Origin: Eledone cirrhosa
Lineage: Eukaryota
Assembly (NCBI GenBank): GCA_964016885.1
Contig: OZ024742.1
Coordinates: 347,758,001 to 347,822,000, forward strand
DNA: 64,000 nucleotides
Direction of reading: 5' to 3'
Shown piece by piece: positions 1-64,000 of this stretch (position 1 is its first letter; every line of letters begins with the position of its first letter). The position numbers and the translations under genes were made by a program. Under the pieces are notes generated by a model. The model had not been told where the DNA came from. It saw only the letters and a list, made by a program, of their open reading frames with translations, and made no database searches.

Positions 1-147
1 AGTGAAGGCACTTGCCGTGGTGATTTCGTGATAGGACTGGGGCCACTATGTTTAAAGCCCCCGAGAAACCTATGATATGATATGCAACCTCATAGAGGGT
101 CAACTAAACCTGCATAATTATGAGTTGTAAATTTCATCTTTATTCAA

Positions 148-435
148 TGTGAAAGCATGTGGCTGAATGGTTAGAGGTGTTTGCATCACAAGCATATGGT
201 CATGGGTTCAATTCTTAGACGAAGCAGTGCATTGTGTTCTTGAGCAAGATGTTTCATTTCACATTGATCCACTCCATTCAGTTGAAAAAAATAAAGAATA
301 CCAGCAGCCACTGGAGATTTACCCTTGCAATGAACTGGTTTTCTCTCCATGATAGAACTGAGGTCTCTATCTTTAAAATACTCTGAGATGCAAGCTTCTG
401 GGAGGCCAGCTAGACCTACATAGGTGTAGACTATA
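148..435 (+). mobile_element. Older tRNA/CORE SINE (relatives at about 1040-1265, 7390-7660 and 16560-16705)
   Basis: tggctgaatggttag / ggttcaattc boxes, CORE tcttgagcaagat..tttcacattg; 3' end repeated at 28-135. Confidence 0.65.
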
Positions 436-2795
436 ACAACTAAAACAATAAGCATTTATATATTTACTTAATGTGGTTTTTGTCTACTTAAAGAGTACTG
501 TGTTATGGGTTTATGTATTTTATGTTTTAACTCTTAACCTCCTGTACCATGTGAACTGACCATATTAACAAGACATTCTTGAAAAGTACAAAAACAATGA
601 CTGCATCTCATTAAAAATTAAAATCCTTTATTTTACTACAAATTTTTATAATTATTTGTCCTAGTTAAGATACTATAAACACTTGAATTAACAAACACAA
701 TTTTAGAGATTTTCTGTTAAATTAGTGCCCACAGGACTTGGCTTAAATACTTGCAACAGAGCAGACACTATTAAAGACCTCTAAGAATTGGTTTGTCTAC
801 TACCCAAGTAAGCCACAGCAGTGTTTGAACTTGGAATGTAAAGAGCCAAAACAAATACCACAAAGCATCTCTTCCTTTGCTCTGACAATTCTGCCAATCC
901 ACTGTTCTACACTAGTAAAAGGATGGAAGATAGTCGCTCTCGACAGGATTTGTGCATGAATTACTCAAGCAAATACAATGAAACATTTTAACCCTTTTGA
1001 CACCAACTTGGCCAAAGCTGGCTCTACTTCTATGAAACTGGGTAACATGTGTTGGGCAAGATACTTTATTTCAAGTTATTTCGATTCACTGGAAAAAATG
1101 AGCTGTGCTTGTAATTCAAAGAGCATGCCTTGTCACACACTGTGTCAGACTGAATCTCCCTAAGAACTATGTTAAAAAGTAAACGTTATGGAATGCTCAG
1201 CCACTTGCACTTTAATCTCTGGAGCAAGCTGTTCTGTTAATCAAACACCTGGAACACTCATCAGAACACACACATAATCTTAGTAATGAAATAACAACTT
1301 TAGTAAATCTCTCCAAAGTCTTCACAATCAATTGAAGTATAGTGTATGTTAGAAATCAGTAGCAAAAAAGTTAATCCAACACTTTAACGACATTGCCAAT
1401 TCACTGCTTCTCTTTGAAGATAGTTACATAAATATTATCTAGGACTTCTTCCAGTTATTGTAGACACCACACCCCTACAATTGTAATGTTCACATATTTT
1501 GTTCTAATAGGTCTAACTAACTGTTGTCTTATTTATAAAGATATTGAAACTTAGCTAGACTTTGGCAGCCAGTCAAACTGTCTACCAAAATATTTGGTAC
1601 TGAAGATTGTTATTTTACTTTAGTATATATTTTTAATTGCTCCTAGTTATGAAGCTTTTGTTTCCCGTTTTATAATAATCAAGTTTATTTAAAATACTTT
1701 TGATAAACAACTCTCTGAAACTCACCCTAATTCTATGATATAAAACTTTTATTTTAAACTATATTTATCTAAAAAAAATAATTTTATGTAAGAAGCTTTT
1801 ATATATACTTCATAAAACTGCACTAGCAACACATTCTTGAAAGGTAGAAGCTCCACTATAACTACCACAGCAAAGTTTCACAATGATCTGTCTACTAGTA
1901 AAAGTACTATAAATATTTGAATTGACAAACCTGTTTTTAGATATTTGCTGATTAAGTATTACCAGGTATTAAACACCAGCTAAATAATAAGAAAATTCAT
2001 TATATTACTAAACGCCACCAGATTCTCTATTTTCAAAATGATTTAAAAATTATAAGCAGCGTATTTTATTAGAAATATGGTAACACAATAGTTAAATTAT
2101 AAATTTGATTGATGCTGCCAGGCTGTCTTCTGCAGGGAGAGGTGAAATTCTATCCAGTTACTTACTACATGTTGATTACAACAGAGTTCTAGGATCCTAA
2201 TTTTATTTTCATCTATTTCTGTTGTAGCAATAAGGATAAAGCCAAAAGGAACAATCAAATTGTTTATACATACATACATACACACATGCCTGTTAGTTTT
2301 CCTGAGCCTCCTCAATATGCAGACGAGCAATTTTTTTTTTTAACAGAAATTTGAAAGAATGTACCAAATGTATTCAACCATGTGACCATTATGTATGTTA
2401 GTTTGTACTTGAGGGACAAAACATGTATATTGCGTTGTTATAATTTCAAGACTGCAGTAACATCTGATAAATAGCAATGTAAGATTACAGAGGATTGTAA
2501 AAACACAGAGTTTAATACAATTGTGGTTTCTACAATAATTCTGTTCATTGCTGCAACAATACTGTAGCTGGGTTGACATTACATCGTGTACATAATTACA
2601 TCATTAGGTGTGTACATATGTAGAAAGGTGTAGTCAGTTTGCCGCTACAAAGATTTTATATATATATATATATATATGAAATTTTTATTTTATAGCGGCA
2701 AACTCACACCTATGCAGCTAAACCTGCATAGGTGTGAGCTGTAAATATTTTTATTTTTTTCCCCATTTCATTATATGTGTCGTAATCTATTTCAG

Positions 2796-62990
<60,195 letters not shown>

Positions 62991-63237
62991 GTACGTATGA
63001 ATTTTGTTCTGTTCTTAGCATATTTAGCCTCTCGTTACCATATTTCTAATGAGATAGACTGTATTTTAATTAATGAAGAATTTGGAAGTATTATTAAGGT
63101 TCATATATAAAATTATGCTGGAGGTTTTAATTTAAATAGAAACGTTTAAAATAAGCAGTTTGGTTTCATGGAGCCAGAGGTGGTTTTGTATGGGTTGAGT
63201 TTTGTTCCCATTAAGTTTATCAATCAAAGTTTGTGTG

Positions 63238-64000
63238 TCATCATCATCATCATCATCGTTTAACGTCCATATTCCACACTTGCATGGGTTTGGACGGGAG
63301 TTTTCCCACTTGAGGCAAGAGTGGTTGTCTTGCTCGCATAGGACTGTCTGGCGGGTTTTCTACGGCTGGATGCCCTTCCTAACACCAACCACATTTACAG
63401 TGTGGAACTGGGAGGTTTTTACCGTGTTACCTACACGGCCCCATTGCAGCGTGGACTGTGTGTTTTTTTGTCGTGACACCTACACAACCTCATTTGTTTC
63501 GGACTGGATGTTGTGGTGCCAACATAACTTTACATTGAAAGGGGTGGTGTGGATGGGGTGGGAGTAGTGGGACGGGGGTGTATTTTGTTAGAGGTGCCTA
63601 CTGACTAGTAAGTTTCACTTTCTACTTAGGTAAGGCGGGTCTTCTCTATTACTGTGTAGCGCCAAAGGTCTCGGTCCAGTGACATTGTCTTGGAGAGGTG
63701 TAAGGTCGGAATTTATCAAGTCGTCTCAGGTTTTTCTGGGTCTGCCTACTCCGTGGCTACCGTCTATTTTTATTGCCCTGCACTTTTTTATACAGCTGTC
63801 GTCTTTCATGCGCATCACGTGACCATACCAACGTAGTCTTCTCTCGAGTAAACAACATCTGATCCCTCTTATTTCTAATTTTTCCCTTAGTTCGTTTATG
63901 CTTTGCCGTTCACGTATATTACTATTACACATCCAGCAGAGCATGCAAGCTTCGTTCCTCTCTAGTCTGTGTATATCCTCTGCACACAATGCCCAGGTCT
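63238..64000 (-). mobile_element. RTE LINE copy 3, 3' end; runs out of the window
   Basis: (GAT)n tail, same 3' UTR, ORF fragment RLERNEACML...GRPRKT with a premature stop. Confidence 0.9.

Overview
AT-rich, repeat-dense eukaryotic DNA. The tRNA/CORE SINEs, RTE LINEs with (GAT)n tails and TA microsatellites point to a coleoid cephalopod such as Octopus (inference). The whole window is the interior of one + strand gene, the ZFR/Zn72D orthologue (three C2H2 dsRNA-binding zinc fingers plus a DZF domain). I traced 19 GT-AG exons from 2796 to 62990 that join in one frame (2523 nt, 841 codons); the first and last exons lie outside the window. The introns hold an RTE LINE with an open 1085-aa ORF (APE + RT + PHD-type finger), two related copies, a CR1-type LINE, piggyBac derivatives and MITEs, a Helitron, SINEs, minisatellites and a 2.2-kb TA-type microsatellite. 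The main unexplained signals are: (1) a TE-free ~2.6-kb zone before the most conserved DZF exon, containing a stop-carrying cryptic acceptor and a long-range RNA duplex, a candidate autoregulatory splicing switch; (2) several type I hammerhead-ribozyme-like motifs in short TA-flanked elements; (3) long intronic inverted repeats that could be ADAR substrates or drive circRNA formation in a gene that itself regulates editing; (4) a branch-point/AG|GTAAG recursive-splice motif carried by the antisense RTE.
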